Positions 23,116-33,158 are shown, numbered from the stretch's first letter. The stretch is 64,000 bases of DNA from an uncultured Candidatus Rokubacteria bacterium (GCA_963708025.1 CAVPSB010000032.1:96001-160000); one strand, 5' to 3'. Notes: a model not told the origin generated them from the letters alone. A program made the numbers and translations.

Positions 23116-23245
23116 TTTGGAACCTCCCGCCCACCCGATCTTTCGACGGCCTTCGGCCTTTGGCCCCCCTCCCCCACCGATGGACGGCCTTCGGCCTGTG
23201 GCTGGGGGGAGGGGGGGGCCGGAGCGACCATTCCTTCCCGTGTTC
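23115..23245. mobile_element. Family A MITE-like element flanked by TGA on both sides
   Basis: TCA at 23112-23114 and 23246-23248 flank the element; homologous copies at 47413, 50756 and 60018. Confidence 0.65.
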
Positions 23246-24322
23246 TCACCGGCGGCCTCCGTTGTCGTCGGCCGGACGCGTGAAGATCATCCGGCCGGCC
23301 GCGGTCTGGAGCACGGAGGTGACCGCGACGGTCACCGTCTGACCCAGGAACTTCTTGCCCTGGTCGATGACGACCATGGTGCCGTCCTCCAGGTAGCCGA
23401 CCCCCTGCCCGGCCTCCTTCCCTTCCCGAAGCACGTGGACGGACATGAGCTCGCCGGGGAGCACCACCGGCCGCAGCGCGTTCGCCAGCTCGTTGACGTT
23501 CAGGACGCGGACTCCGTGCAGCTCCGCCACCTTGTTCAGGTTGTAGTCGTTGGTGACGATCGTGCCGGATACCGCCCGGGCGGTCTCGATGAGGCGGCGG
23601 TCCACCTCCCGGATGTGGGGGAAATCCAGGTCGTGCAGCTCGACCCGGGCGTTCGGCATCCGCTGGAGCTTCTTCAGCACGTCGAGACCCCGGCGGCCAC
23701 GGTTCCGCTTCAGCGCGTCCGAGGAGTCCGCGATCTGGTGTAGCTCGCGCAGCACGTATTGAGGGATGAGCAACGTGCCCTCCAGGAAGCCCGTCTCGCA
23801 GACGTCCGCGATCCGCCCGTCGATGATGACGCTGGTGTCGAGGACCTTGTACTGCCGCTCGGGGGAGGGGGCCGATCTCGGGAAGATCGCCCGGGTCAGC
23901 CCACCCAGCTCCTCCTCGCGGCGGAGTGCGAAGACGACGCCCAGATAGGCGAGGAGCAGGGCCAGGAAGCCGCGTCCGGCCGTCGTGTCCACTTCCGGGA
24001 TGACGACGACCAGGGCCGGGCCCAGGATCTGGGCCAGCAGCATGCCGGCCACCGCGCCGAGGGCGCCCACGAACAGCCGCGGGAGCGGGATCTGCCGGGC
24101 CGCCTGCTCGAGCGCGAGGACGCCGAAGCCGGTGGCGACCCCGGCGACGAACCCGCCCAGTGCCCACGCCAGCCACGGCCCGCGCGGGTTCAGCGAGGCG
24201 ACGAGGAGATAGCCCCCGTACCCGACCAGCGTGACGAAGATCACGCTCCCGTGGGCGAAGCTCGGCTTCGGCCGCCGCTCGGGCGACTCTGGACGCTCGG
24301 GAGTCCCGGCTTCGGCCGTCAT
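23246..24322 (-). CDS. PIN and TRAM domain membrane protein (YacL-like)
   Basis: TM helices then LDTSVIIDGRI, TNDYNLNK, GYLEDGTMVV; ATG overlaps the radA stop. Confidence 0.92.
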   Translation of the reverse strand: MTAEAGTPERPESPERRPKPSFAHGSVIFVTLVGYGGYLLVASLNPRGPWLAWALGGFVAGVATGFGVLALEQAARQIPLPRLFVGALGAVAGMLLAQILGPALVVVIPEVDTTAGRGFLALLLAYLGVVFALRREEELGGLTRAIFPRSAPSPERQYKVLDTSVIIDGRIADVCETGFLEGTLLIPQYVLRELHQIADSSDALKRNRGRRGLDVLKKLQRMPNARVELHDLDFPHIREVDRRLIETARAVSGTIVTNDYNLNKVAELHGVRVLNVNELANALRPVVLPGELMSVHVLREGKEAGQGVGYLEDGTMVVIDQGKKFLGQTVTVAVTSVLQTAAGRMIFTRPADDNGGRR

Positions 24323-25705
24323 CCGACCACCAGCCCCAGGGCTTCCTCGAGCGTCGCCACGCCCCGCACCTCCAGCGGGTATCGGGTCCCCGCGACCAGG
24401 CTCGAGCGCGGCACCACCGCGCTCGTGAAGCCGAGCGCCGCCGCCTCGCCGAGACGGGGCTCCAGCCCGCCGATGCCCCGGACCTCGCCGGTCAGCCCGA
24501 CCTCGCCGAGGAGCACCAGGTCGGTCGCCACCGGCCGCTCGGTGTAGCTGGAGGCCGCGGCGACGACGATGCCCAGGTCCGCCGCCGGCTCCTGGCAGCG
24601 CGCGCCGCCCGCCACGTTGACGAAGACGTCCTGGTTCTGGAGCGGGAAGCCGGCCCGCTTCTCCAGGACGGCCAGCAGGAGACAGACCCGGTTGTAGTCG
24701 GCGCCGAGCACGGTTCGCCGGGGGGTCCCGAAGTGGGCCGGACTCACCAGGGCCTGCAGCTCCAGGAGGAGCGGCCGCGTCCCCTCCAGCGCCGCCACGA
24801 TCACGGAGCCCGGCGCCCCCCGGGGGCGCTCGGCCAGGAAGACCGCGGACGGGTTGGCAACCTGGGCCAGGCCCCGACCGGTCATCTCGAAGACGCCGAT
24901 CTCGTTCGTCGAACCGAAGCGGTTCTTCACCGCCCGCAGCACCCGATAGGTCGCGTGCCGCTCGCCCTCGAAGTAGAGCACCGTGTTGAACGAGGTGCTC
25001 GAGCACGCGGGGCCCCGCCAGCGCGCCCTCCTTCGTCACGTGGCCGACCAGGAAGACGGCGAGGCCGCGGGATTTCGCCAGCATCATGAGCCGCGCACCC
25101 GACTCCCGCACCTGGCTCACGCTGCCCGGAGCGGACTCGAGCGTCTCGAGGTAGACAGTCTGGATCGAGTCCACCATCAGGACGCGCGGCGCGAGGGCGT
25201 CCACCTGGGCCTCGATCGCCTCCACCGCCGTCTCGGCCAGGAGGAAGAGGTTCTTCGTTCCCGGCGCCCCGACGCCGAGCCGGTCGGCCCGCAGCTTCAC
25301 CTGCGCCACCGATTCCTCGCCGGAGACGTAGAGCACGGGGCCGGCGACCTCGGCGAGCGCATGGCAGGCCTGTGTGAGCAATGTGCTCTTGCCGATGCCG
25401 GGATCTCCGCCGATGAGGACCAGCGAGCCGGGGACGAGGCCGCCGCCCAGGACGCGGTCCAGCTCGGCGATCCCGGTCCGGATCCGCTCGGCGTCCCCCG
25501 ACGAGACCTCCCCGAGGGGGACCGGGCGGCTGCCGGCCGCGACCCCGCCGGCGGCGCGGGCGCCGCCCCGCCGGAACCCACCTGGCGCGGGCGCGCTCCG
25601 CTCCTCCACCATCGTGTTGAACTCGCCGCAATCGGGGCAGCGACCGTACCACTTCTGGGCCTGAGAGCCGCAGGCCTGGCAGCGGAAGACCGACGTCGCC
25701 TTCAC
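24319..25705 (-). CDS. radA: DNA repair protein RadA/Sms (one extra base near 24990, probable sequencing indel)
   Basis: C4 zinc finger, GDPGIGKST, KNRFG, Lon-like C-terminus; span 1387 nt = 3n+1. Confidence 0.93.
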
Positions 25706-27399
25706 TTCGGGCTCTCGCCGCGGCCGATGGCGGCCCGGATCAGGGCGCGGAGCAGAACGCTTCGCTGCGCCCCCTCCAGGAACGCCGCCAGGTTCTCGTA
25801 GACCGTCGGATCCTGGATGAGCCCCCCGATCGTCCCCTCGCCCGCCTCGACCTTCCCGGTGATCTCCTTCAGGTTCGCCATCGCCGCCCGGAGGTCGGCA
25901 AGCGCCTCGCCGAGCCGGGCGTCTCCCGCCAGGGAGTCGGCCAGCCGGCCGAGCCCGGCCATCCCCTCGGCGAGCTGTCGGGCCGCCCCTTCGGTGCCGG
26001 GCTGGGTCAGGCCCCCGATGAGCCCCTCGCCGCGCGCCACCCGGCCCGTCACCTCGCGGAAGTGGCGCGCCGTCTCCGCGAGGTCGGCGACGATCTGCTT
26101 GCCGGCCGGGTCGTAGAGGAGCGCCTGGAGAAGGCCGTCCGCGTCGCGCGCCCGCTCCACGGCCTGGGCCAGGCCCTCGGCCGCCGTGGCGACCCGCTTG
26201 ACGGCCCGTGCCGCGTCCGGATCGCGAAGGAGCACGCCCAGCGCCCCGTCTCCGCGCTCGACGGCGGCGAACAGCGAGCCGGCCCGGCCGAGCAGCCCGT
26301 CGAGGTTCTGGACGAGCTTGCTCTCCCCGTAGATCAAGGAGTGGAGCAGGCCCTGCCCCTCCTCCACCTGGCGCACCACCCGGTTCACGCGCTCCATGGC
26401 GCCCCGGGCCTCGGCCGCGGCCTGGCGAGTCTCGTCGACCAGCCCGGCGGTCTTCGGGTCCGCCAGCAGGCCGTCGAAGCGCTTGACGGTCTCGGTCACC
26501 TGGCGGAGAGCCCCGGCCGCATCGGCGACGGCCTCGCCGAGTCGCGGGTCGTAGATCAGCCGGTGCAGGAGGCCCTGCCCCTCCTCCACCTGGCGCACCA
26601 CCCGGTTCACGCGTTCCACGGCGCCCCGAGCCTCGGTCACCGCCTGGCGGGCCTCGTCGACCAGCCCGGCGGTCTTCGGGTCCGCCAACAGGCCGTCGAA
26701 GCGCTTGACGGTCTCGGTCACCTGGCGGAGAGCCCCGGCCGCATCGGCGACGGCCTCGCCGAGTCGCGGGTCGTAGATCAGCCGGTGCAGGAGGCCCTGG
26801 CCCTTCTCGATCTCCGCCGTCAGCGTCCGGACCGACCGGACGGTCTCGACCAGGTCGGGGCCGGCCGTGGTCTCGGTCACCTTGGCAACCGTCGTCTTCA
26901 GCTCGTTCGAGAGATCGACCAAGTTTCGCACGAGCTCCGTACCCTGCTTCATGAGCCGGTTGGTGTCGAACGGCTCCTCGGTCCGGATCTGGGCGCCCTC
27001 CCCGAGCACCCGGGCCTCGGGGCCGCCGAGGGTGACCTCGACGATCTTGTCACCCAGGAGCCCGAGGGTCTCGATCCGGGCCACGGAGTCCTCGCGGACC
27101 CGGTTCTGGACGCGGCGGACGAGGGTCAGCTCGACCTGGACGTTCCGGTCGATGGACTCGGGCAGCCGGATGGCGGTGACGCGCCCGACGGGGACGCCGG
27201 CCAGCCGGACCGTCGCCCCCTCGATCAGCCCGCCGACCTGGGTGAACCCGGCGAGGAGCCGGTACTGGCGCTCGAACATCCCGGACTGGCGGCCAAGGAA
27301 GTAGATGAGGCCGACCAGCACGGCGAGGCCGGCGAGGATGAAGGCCCCGACCCGGAGCTGCAGGAGCGTGCGGCTCGTACCCGACTGGGTCGGCTCCAT
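25702..27399 (-). CDS. MCE/MlaD-family protein with long repetitive helical C-terminal region
   Basis: N-terminal TM, MCE motifs GLIEGATVRLAGVPVGRV and GLLGDKIV; start trimmed to ATG 27399. Confidence 0.9.
   Translation of the reverse strand: MEPTQSGTSRTLLQLRVGAFILAGLAVLVGLIYFLGRQSGMFERQYRLLAGFTQVGGLIEGATVRLAGVPVGRVTAIRLPESIDRNVQVELTLVRRVQNRVREDSVARIETLGLLGDKIVEVTLGGPEARVLGEGAQIRTEEPFDTNRLMKQGTELVRNLVDLSNELKTTVAKVTETTAGPDLVETVRSVRTLTAEIEKGQGLLHRLIYDPRLGEAVADAAGALRQVTETVKRFDGLLADPKTAGLVDEARQAVTEARGAVERVNRVVRQVEEGQGLLHRLIYDPRLGEAVADAAGALRQVTETVKRFDGLLADPKTAGLVDETRQAAAEARGAMERVNRVVRQVEEGQGLLHSLIYGESKLVQNLDGLLGRAGSLFAAVERGDGALGVLLRDPDAARAVKRVATAAEGLAQAVERARDADGLLQALLYDPAGKQIVADLAETARHFREVTGRVARGEGLIGGLTQPGTEGAARQLAEGMAGLGRLADSLAGDARLGEALADLRAAMANLKEITGKVEAGEGTIGGLIQDPTVYENLAAFLEGAQRSVLLRALIRAAIGRGESPK
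26329..26800. repeat. In-frame 222-bp (74-aa) tandem duplication inside the MCE gene
   Basis: GTAGATC anchor recurs at 26329, 26551 and 26773; protein segment GQGLLHRLIYDP...RQVEE occurs twice. Confidence 0.9.
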
Positions 27400-27403
27400 T
27401 AAT

Positions 27404-27636
27404 CGGAACCCCCCCCACCCCCGTCCCCTCCCCACCTGCCGGGGGGAGGGGGGCCGGCCCCTGCGGTCTCCCGGCTTCCCGCGCCAGGCGACTCTATCGC
27501 GGTCCTACGCCCGCCCTCGGAACCCCCACCCCCGTCCCCTCCCGTCTGCTGGACGGCCTCCGGCCTGTGGCCGGGGGGAGGGGGGCCGGCCCCTGCGACT
27601 TCCCAGCTACCCACGCCAGGCGATTGCATCACGGTG
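27404..27636. repeat. Two diverged tandem units of a CCCCTCCCC/GGGGAGGGG hairpin repeat
   Basis: Both units start GGAACCCC..ACCCCCGTCCCCTCCC and end TACGCC; first half shared with the array at 35814-36372. Confidence 0.8.
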
Positions 27637-28383
27637 TTACGCCTGCTGGCGCCCGGCGAGGAAGGCCTGCACCTCGCTCTGGCGGGACTCGAAGATGGCC
27701 TCGGGTGAGCCGACCTGGACGATCCGACCTTGGACCAGGATGGCGATCAGGTCGGAGACGCTCCGGGCGAACTCGAGGTCGTGGGTCACGATCATCGAGG
27801 TCTCGGTGACGCCCCGCGCCTTCAGCCCCTCCACCAGCTCCGTGATGAGCCGGGCGTTCGTCGGGTCCAGCCCCGCCGTCGGCTCGTCGTAGAGGACCAG
27901 CTCGGGCTCCAGCACGATGGCCCGGGCGATCCCCACCCGCTTCCGCATCCCGCCCGACAGCTCGGCGGGCAGCTTCCGGTCGATGTCCCGCAGCCCGACC
28001 AGGGCCAGCTTCGCATGGACCCGCTCGGCCATCTCGGTCTCCGCGAGCCGGGTGTGCTCCCGGAGCGGGAAGGCCACGTTCTCGTACACCGTCAGGGAAT
28101 CGAAGAGGGCCGCGCCCTGGAACACGAAGCCCATGCGCCGCCGAAGCGGGAGCAGCGCCTCCTCCCGCAACGGCGTCGTGTCCACGCCGAGCGTCTCGAT
28201 CCGCCCCCGGTCCGGCTTGATGAGGCCAGCGGTCAGCCGCAGTGTCACCGTCTTGCCGGAGCCACTCCCCCCCATGATGGTCAGCGTCGTCCCCCGCGGG
28301 ACCTCGAGGTCGAGGCCCCGTAGCACGGGATGCCCGTCGAACGACTTCCCGACCTGCTCGAACCGGACGGCGGCGTCACCCAT
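27637..28383 (-). CDS. mlaF: MlaF/Mkl-family ABC ATP-binding protein
   Basis: GGSGSGKT, FQGAALFDSL, LSGGMRKRV, YDEPTAGLDP. Confidence 0.9.
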   Translation of the reverse strand: MGDAAVRFEQVGKSFDGHPVLRGLDLEVPRGTTLTIMGGSGSGKTVTLRLTAGLIKPDRGRIETLGVDTTPLREEALLPLRRRMGFVFQGAALFDSLTVYENVAFPLREHTRLAETEMAERVHAKLALVGLRDIDRKLPAELSGGMRKRVGIARAIVLEPELVLYDEPTAGLDPTNARLITELVEGLKARGVTETSMIVTHDLEFARSVSDLIAILVQGRIVQVGSPEAIFESRQSEVQAFLAGRQQA

Positions 28384-28405
28384 GCGCCTCCCACCCGATG
28401 CCCAG

Positions 28406-29183
28406 TCAGAGCAGCAAGAAGATCTTCGTCAGGAAGAAGTCGGCGATGATGACCGCGACCGAGACCTGGACCACGGTCGCGGTCGTGGCCCGCCCGAGCC
28501 CCTCGGTTCCCCCGGTCATGTCCAGGCCGTTGTAGGAGCCGATCAAGGTCACCAGGAGCCCGAAGAAGACGCTCTTCGCGATGCCCGTCATCAGGTCCCG
28601 GATCACCACCCAGTAGAAGATGGTGTTCCAGTAGAGATACATGTCGATCTGGCGCTCGTAGACGGCGATGAGCATGCCGCCGACCAGGCCCACGAAGTCG
28701 GCCAGCGCGGTCAGGAGCGGGAAGGCCAGGAGCGCGGCCCAGACGCGGGGGACGATGAGGCGCTTCACGTAGTTGACGCCGATCGCCCGCAGGGCGTCGA
28801 TCTGCTCGGTCACCTTCATCGAGCCCAGCTCGGCCGTGATTCCCGAGGCCACCTTGCCGCCGACCAGGATCGCGGTCAGCACCGGTCCCAGCTCCCGCAC
28901 GATCGAGAGCGCGACCAGGGGACCGACGTAGAGGTCGGCACCGAACCGGGAGAGGTAGACCGCCGCCTGGAGGGCGAAGACCATCCCGGTGAACATGGCG
29001 GCGGTATTGGCCACCAGGAGCGAGCGGACTCCGATGCTGTCGAACCCGGAGACGACGAGCGGGAGGTACCGGCGCGGGAGCCACGCGTTCCGGCCGACGT
29101 CCCAGGCCAGGAGCCCGAGGCCCCCGTAGTAGGACGCCAGCCGGCGGCCGCGCGCCCCCAGCAGGTCCCAGAGCCTCCGTCAT
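28406..29183 (-). CDS. mlaE: MlaE-family ABC permease (probable 1-bp insertion just after ATG 29183)
   Basis: RELGPVLTA, AELGSMKVTEQIDAL, GRATT; GGAG 5 nt before ATG 29183; span is 3n+1. Confidence 0.88.
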
Positions 29184-29307
29184 GGATTCTCCGGCAGGGG
29201 GGGAGTGCCAAACATCCATCTCGCCGGGACGCCTCGCGCCTGCGGCGCTCGGGACGTCCCTTCCTTCCGGCGGCCCCCCCTGGACCCCCCCACTTGGCTT
29301 GCTCGTT

Positions 29308-29464
29308 GCGCGTGGTGCGGGCACTCCATGGGCGGTTCAGCGGTTGCCGCACTCACCGGTGTCCTCCGGTCGGCGCGAAGCGCCGCTTGGCGTGCGCCGG
29401 GCGCGTGGGGTGGGCCGTCCATCGGCGGTTCAGCCGTTGTCGCCTTCACCGGTGTTCCTCGGTC
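29308..29464. repeat. Diverged direct repeat, ~64-bp units with 93-bp period, covering the lipoprotein stop
   Basis: GCGCGTGG..TCCAT.GGCGGTTCAGC.GTTG..TCACCGGTGT..CGGTC at 29308-29371 and 29401-29464. Confidence 0.75.
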
Positions 29465-29964
29465 AGCTGGAAGCTCGCCGTGAAGCGCTCGAAGTCTTCG
29501 GCCACCACCGGCAGCCGCTCCGGTGGCGCCACGACGACCAGGTCGTAGACGCAGCCGCGGCCCTGGAGCGTCACCGCCCCCACCCCGACCGGCAACCCGT
29601 CGAGCCGCGCGGTGAAGCGGCTCCGGACGCCGCGCAGCCCCGCGATCTCGACCGGCGCCTCGTCCACCTTCTGCACCTCGCGGAGCCCGAATCGCAAATG
29701 CCGCGCCAGGACCGGGAGGGTTCGCTGAGGGACCTTTCCCCCGCAGGTGCCGTGGGCCATCAGCCCCGCCTCGGTCGCCGGCTGGCGCAGCGCCACGTCG
29801 GCGTCCGTGTCGATCCGCTCCCAGCCGGGGGGAGGGACCACGCGGTACGCCTTGCCCGAAACCACGATGGGCCGTCCCTCGGTCCCCGGGCGCCCCGCCG
29901 CGCAGCCGATCACGAGGCCGGCCACTCCCGCCACCGCGACCATTCGCCCGAATCCCCCTGCCAT
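29446..29964 (-). CDS. Putative lipoprotein of unknown function
   Basis: Hydrophobic leader with lipobox-like LVIGC; longer ORF-track start runs through a repeat. Confidence 0.7.
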   Translation of the reverse strand: MAGGFGRMVAVAGVAGLVIGCAAGRPGTEGRPIVVSGKAYRVVPPPGWERIDTDADVALRQPATEAGLMAHGTCGGKVPQRTLPVLARHLRFGLREVQKVDEAPVEIAGLRGVRSRFTARLDGLPVGVGAVTLQGRGCVYDLVVVAPPERLPVVAEDFERFTASFQLTEEHR

Positions 29965-29983
29965 CCGCCCAGGACCAGCGGCG

Positions 29984-30185
29984 GGGCCGATGAGCGTCGC
30001 ATCGCGTCGTCGTTCGGACGGCCTTCGGCCTGTGGGGTCGTCGCCGATCCTCGGCGTACTCGGAGTACGCCTGCGGTCGGCGACTCCCTGCGTCGATTGG
30101 ACGGCCTTCGGCCTGGGGCGGACGGCCTTCGGCCTTTGGGCGCTGCTCGCTCCTCGGCCCCATCCCCGAAGACCTGACTCATCTG
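29984..30185. repeat. Family B structured repeat (minus orientation) with three micro-modules
   Basis: Reverse complement is near-identical to 54531-54711. Confidence 0.9.
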
Positions 30186-30300
30186 CCATGAACTGGCGGT
30201 TCCAAGGAACTCGGTCGGGCCGCGGGAGCACAGCGCTCGGCCCCCGGACCCCTCCGGCTCTTCCGTTGCCACTGGTTTCCGGACGCCCGTTCACAGGCTC

Positions 30301-30936
30301 TCACGAGGCGTCGGGCCGGTGGCGCCGCGCCAGCTCGGCGAAGACGCGGCGAACCGGGATGCCGCGCGCGCCCAGCAGGACCAGGGTGTGGAACCAGAGG
30401 TCCGCCACCTCCGCCACCAGCCGGTCCGGGGACTCGGTCGTGGCGGCGACGATGACCTCCGCAGACTCCTCGCCGATCTTCTTCAGAAGGCCGGGGTCGC
30501 CGGCCCCCAGGAGCTTCGAGACATACGAGCCCTCCCGGGGCTCGGCCCGACGTGATTCGATCACCCGCTCCACCGTCTCCAGGATCGCCGGCCCGGCCGT
30601 GGGGGCCGCGGGATCGGGGCCCGTCCCGCCCACCCGGGTGAAGAAGCACGTCCGGCTCCCGGTGTGGCACGCCACGCCCTCCTGGTGGACCAGGACGAGC
30701 AGGGTGTCCCGATCGCAGTCGGCGTAGACCGCCGTCACGTGCTGCCGGTGGCCCGACGTCTCCCCCTTTTCCCAGGGCGCCTGACGGGAGCGTGACCAGA
30801 AGTGCGTGCGCCCGCTCTCCAGCGTCTTCCGCAGGGCCTCCTCGTTCATCCAGGCGACCATCAGCACCTCGCCGGTCTCGGCCTCCTGGACCACGGCCGG
30901 GACGAGGCCGTCGAACCCGAAGGCGACCTGGGTCAC
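30301..30936 (-). CDS. hisIE: Bifunctional phosphoribosyl-AMP cyclohydrolase / phosphoribosyl-ATP pyrophosphatase
   Basis: [38 protein letters not shown]. Confidence 0.96.
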   Translation of the reverse strand: MTQVAFGFDGLVPAVVQEAETGEVLMVAWMNEEALRKTLESGRTHFWSRSRQAPWEKGETSGHRQHVTAVYADCDRDTLLVLVHQEGVACHTGSRTCFFTRVGGTGPDPAAPTAGPAILETVERVIESRRAEPREGSYVSKLLGAGDPGLLKKIGEESAEVIVAATTESPDRLVAEVADLWFHTLVLLGARGIPVRRVFAELARRHRPDAS

Positions 30937-31703
30937 GCCGCCCGCTCCTCCAGCCGGATCGGGACCCCGCGCTCACGCAGGTACGCCTTCGCCTCGGCGA
31001 TCCGGTGCTCACCGAAGTGGAAGATCGAGGCGGCCAGCGCCGCATCGGCCCGACCTGCGGTCAGAACCTCGTGGAGGTGCGCCAGGGTCCCAGCCCCGCC
31101 CGACGCGACGACCGGCACCGGAACCTCCGTCGAGACGGCGGCCGTCAGCTCGAGGTCGTAGCCGTCCCGCGTCCCGTCCCGGTCCATGCTCGTGAGCAGG
31201 ATCTCGCCGGCGCCGAGCGCCGCGGCCTCCCGCGCCCAGGCCACGGCGTCGCGCGCCGCCGGCCGCCGGCCGCCGTGGGTGTAGACCTCGAAGCGCGCGC
31301 CGTGTCGCTTGGCGTCGATCGCCACCACGATGCACTGGCTGCCGAAGCGCTCGGCCGCCTCCCGGATGAGGTCCGGCCGGGCGAGCGCGGCGGTGTTGAC
31401 CGACACCTTGTCGGCTCCGGCGCGGAGCAGCGTGCGGATGTCGTCCAGGCTCCGGACCCCGCCGCCGACGGTCAGGGGCATATAGATGGCCTCCGCCGTC
31501 CGGCGGACGACATCGAGCATGGTGGCCCGCTCCTCGTGGGAGGCGGTGATGTCGAGGAAGACCAGCTCGTCGGCACCCTGCCGGTCGTAGGCGACCGCCG
31601 CCTCCACGGGATCCCCCGCGTCGGCGAGGTCCACGAAGCGGACGCCCTTGACGACGCGGCCCTCCCTGACGTCGAGGCAGGGGATCACGCGCTTGGCCAG
31701 CAT
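30933..31703 (-). CDS. hisF: Imidazole glycerol phosphate synthase cyclase subunit
   Basis: [31 protein letters not shown]. Confidence 0.98.
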   Translation of the reverse strand: MLAKRVIPCLDVREGRVVKGVRFVDLADAGDPVEAAVAYDRQGADELVFLDITASHEERATMLDVVRRTAEAIYMPLTVGGGVRSLDDIRTLLRAGADKVSVNTAALARPDLIREAAERFGSQCIVVAIDAKRHGARFEVYTHGGRRPAARDAVAWAREAAALGAGEILLTSMDRDGTRDGYDLELTAAVSTEVPVPVVASGGAGTLAHLHEVLTAGRADAALAASIFHFGEHRIAEAKAYLRERGVPIRLEERAA

Positions 31704-31713
31704 GACCGCGCCC

Positions 31714-32430
31714 TCAGCTCGCCACCGCGGCCAGCGCCGCTCGCAAGTCCACCGCTCCCGTGTAGAGCGCGCGGCCGACGATGGCGCCGGCGATCCCCGG
31801 GATGGCGGCCAGCCGGACCAGGTCCTCCACCGCCGCCACGCCGCCCGAGGCGATGACGGGCAGCCCAGCGCTCGCCGCGAGCGCCGCGGTCGCCGCGAGA
31901 TTCGGCCCCCGCCCGGTCCCGTCCCGGCGCACGTCGGTGTAGATGACGCCGACCGCCCCCGCCCCCTCTGCGCGGCGGGCGAGGTCGAGGGCAGTCAGCG
32001 GCAAGGTCCGGGTCCAGCCGTCGACCGCCACCTGGCCGTCCACCGCGTCCACGCCGACGAGGATCCGACCCGGGAAGCGGGCGCAGGCGGCGTCCAGGAA
32101 GGCCGGATCGAGGGCGGCGCCAGTGCCGAGGATGGCCCAGCGGGCGCCGGTGGCGAGGGCGGCGGCGGCGGTCTCCAGGTCCCGCAGGCCACCCCCCACC
32201 TCGACGGGCACGGGGACGGCGGCGACGAGGGCGGCGATGAGCGGCGCCTGGCGCGGTCCACCGGCGAACGCGCCGTCCAGGTCCACGACGTGGAGGCGAA
32301 GGGCACCCTCCGCGGCGAAGCGTCGCGCCATGGCCACCGGGTCGTCGCCGAAGACGGTCGCCGTGTCGGCGCGACCCTCGACCAGGCGGACGCAGCGCCC
32401 CCCCTGGAGGTCGATTGCCGGAATGATCAT
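31714..32430 (-). CDS. hisA: ProFAR isomerase
   Basis: [33 protein letters not shown]. Confidence 0.96.
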   Translation of the reverse strand: MIIPAIDLQGGRCVRLVEGRADTATVFGDDPVAMARRFAAEGALRLHVVDLDGAFAGGPRQAPLIAALVAAVPVPVEVGGGLRDLETAAAALATGARWAILGTGAALDPAFLDAACARFPGRILVGVDAVDGQVAVDGWTRTLPLTALDLARRAEGAGAVGVIYTDVRRDGTGRGPNLAATAALAASAGLPVIASGGVAAVEDLVRLAAIPGIAGAIVGRALYTGAVDLRAALAAVAS

Positions 32431-33083
32431 CACGCGCGCGGGCCCAGAGTGGTAACGCCAGCCAGCCGGGCGAAGTTCTCGAGGAGCCGGAGCCCCCACC
32501 CCTGGCTCTTCTCGGGATGGAACTGCGTCCCGTAGAGACGGCCGCGGGCGACCAGCGCCGGGAACCGCACGCCGTACTCGCAGCTCGCCACCGCGAACCC
32601 CGCGACATCGCGCGGCTCCGGGTAGTAGGAGTGGACGAAGTAGAAATAGGCGCCGGGCGGCACGCCGTCGAGGATGGCCAACTCGGCGGACCCCGGCTCG
32701 AACGCGAGCTGGTTCCAGCCCATGTGCGGCACCTTGAGTCCGGCAGGAAAGCGCCGGACGACGCCGGGCAGGATGTCGAGCCCCTTGGCGTGACCGAACT
32801 CCTCGCTCTCGGTGAAGAGCAGCTGGTAGCCGAGGCAGATGCCGAGATACGGCCGCCCGGCCTCGACGTGGGCGCGGATCGACTCGACGAGCCCGAGACT
32901 CTCCAGGGTCTGCATGGCGTCCGCGAAGGCGCCATCCCCGGGAACAACCAGGGCGTCGGCGCGTTCCACGATCGCGCGGTCGTCGGTGATCACGGCGGCG
33001 TCCGCTGGACCCCCAACCCGGGCCAGCGCCTTCTGGACGCTGCCCAGGTTCCCGCGGCCGTAATCCACGACCGCGATCATCAC
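32430..33083 (-). CDS. hisH: Imidazole glycerol phosphate synthase glutaminase subunit
   Basis: DYGRGNLGSV, GICLG, PHMGWN, QFHPEKS. Confidence 0.97.
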   Translation of the reverse strand: MMIAVVDYGRGNLGSVQKALARVGGPADAAVITDDRAIVERADALVVPGDGAFADAMQTLESLGLVESIRAHVEAGRPYLGICLGYQLLFTESEEFGHAKGLDILPGVVRRFPAGLKVPHMGWNQLAFEPGSAELAILDGVPPGAYFYFVHSYYPEPRDVAGFAVASCEYGVRFPALVARGRLYGTQFHPEKSQGWGLRLLENFARLAGVTTLGPRA

Positions 33084-33157
33084 GGGGTCAGGCCTTTCAT
33101 TCTTTCACTCTTTCGTTCTCTGTTCGCCGGATTGTCAAGAATGAAAGGCCTGACCCC
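33084..33157. repeat. Perfect 21-bp inverted repeat filling the hisB-hisH spacer (REP-like)
   Basis: GGGGTCAGGCCTTTCATTCTT (33084-33104) and its exact reverse complement (33137-33157). Confidence 0.9.
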
Positions 33158-33158
33158 A

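Noticed and set aside
23246-25705. 819-aa RadA-PIN/TRAM fusion
   Set aside because: One extra base near 24990 shifts RadA into the downstream frame; the RadA C-terminal half is intact in another frame.
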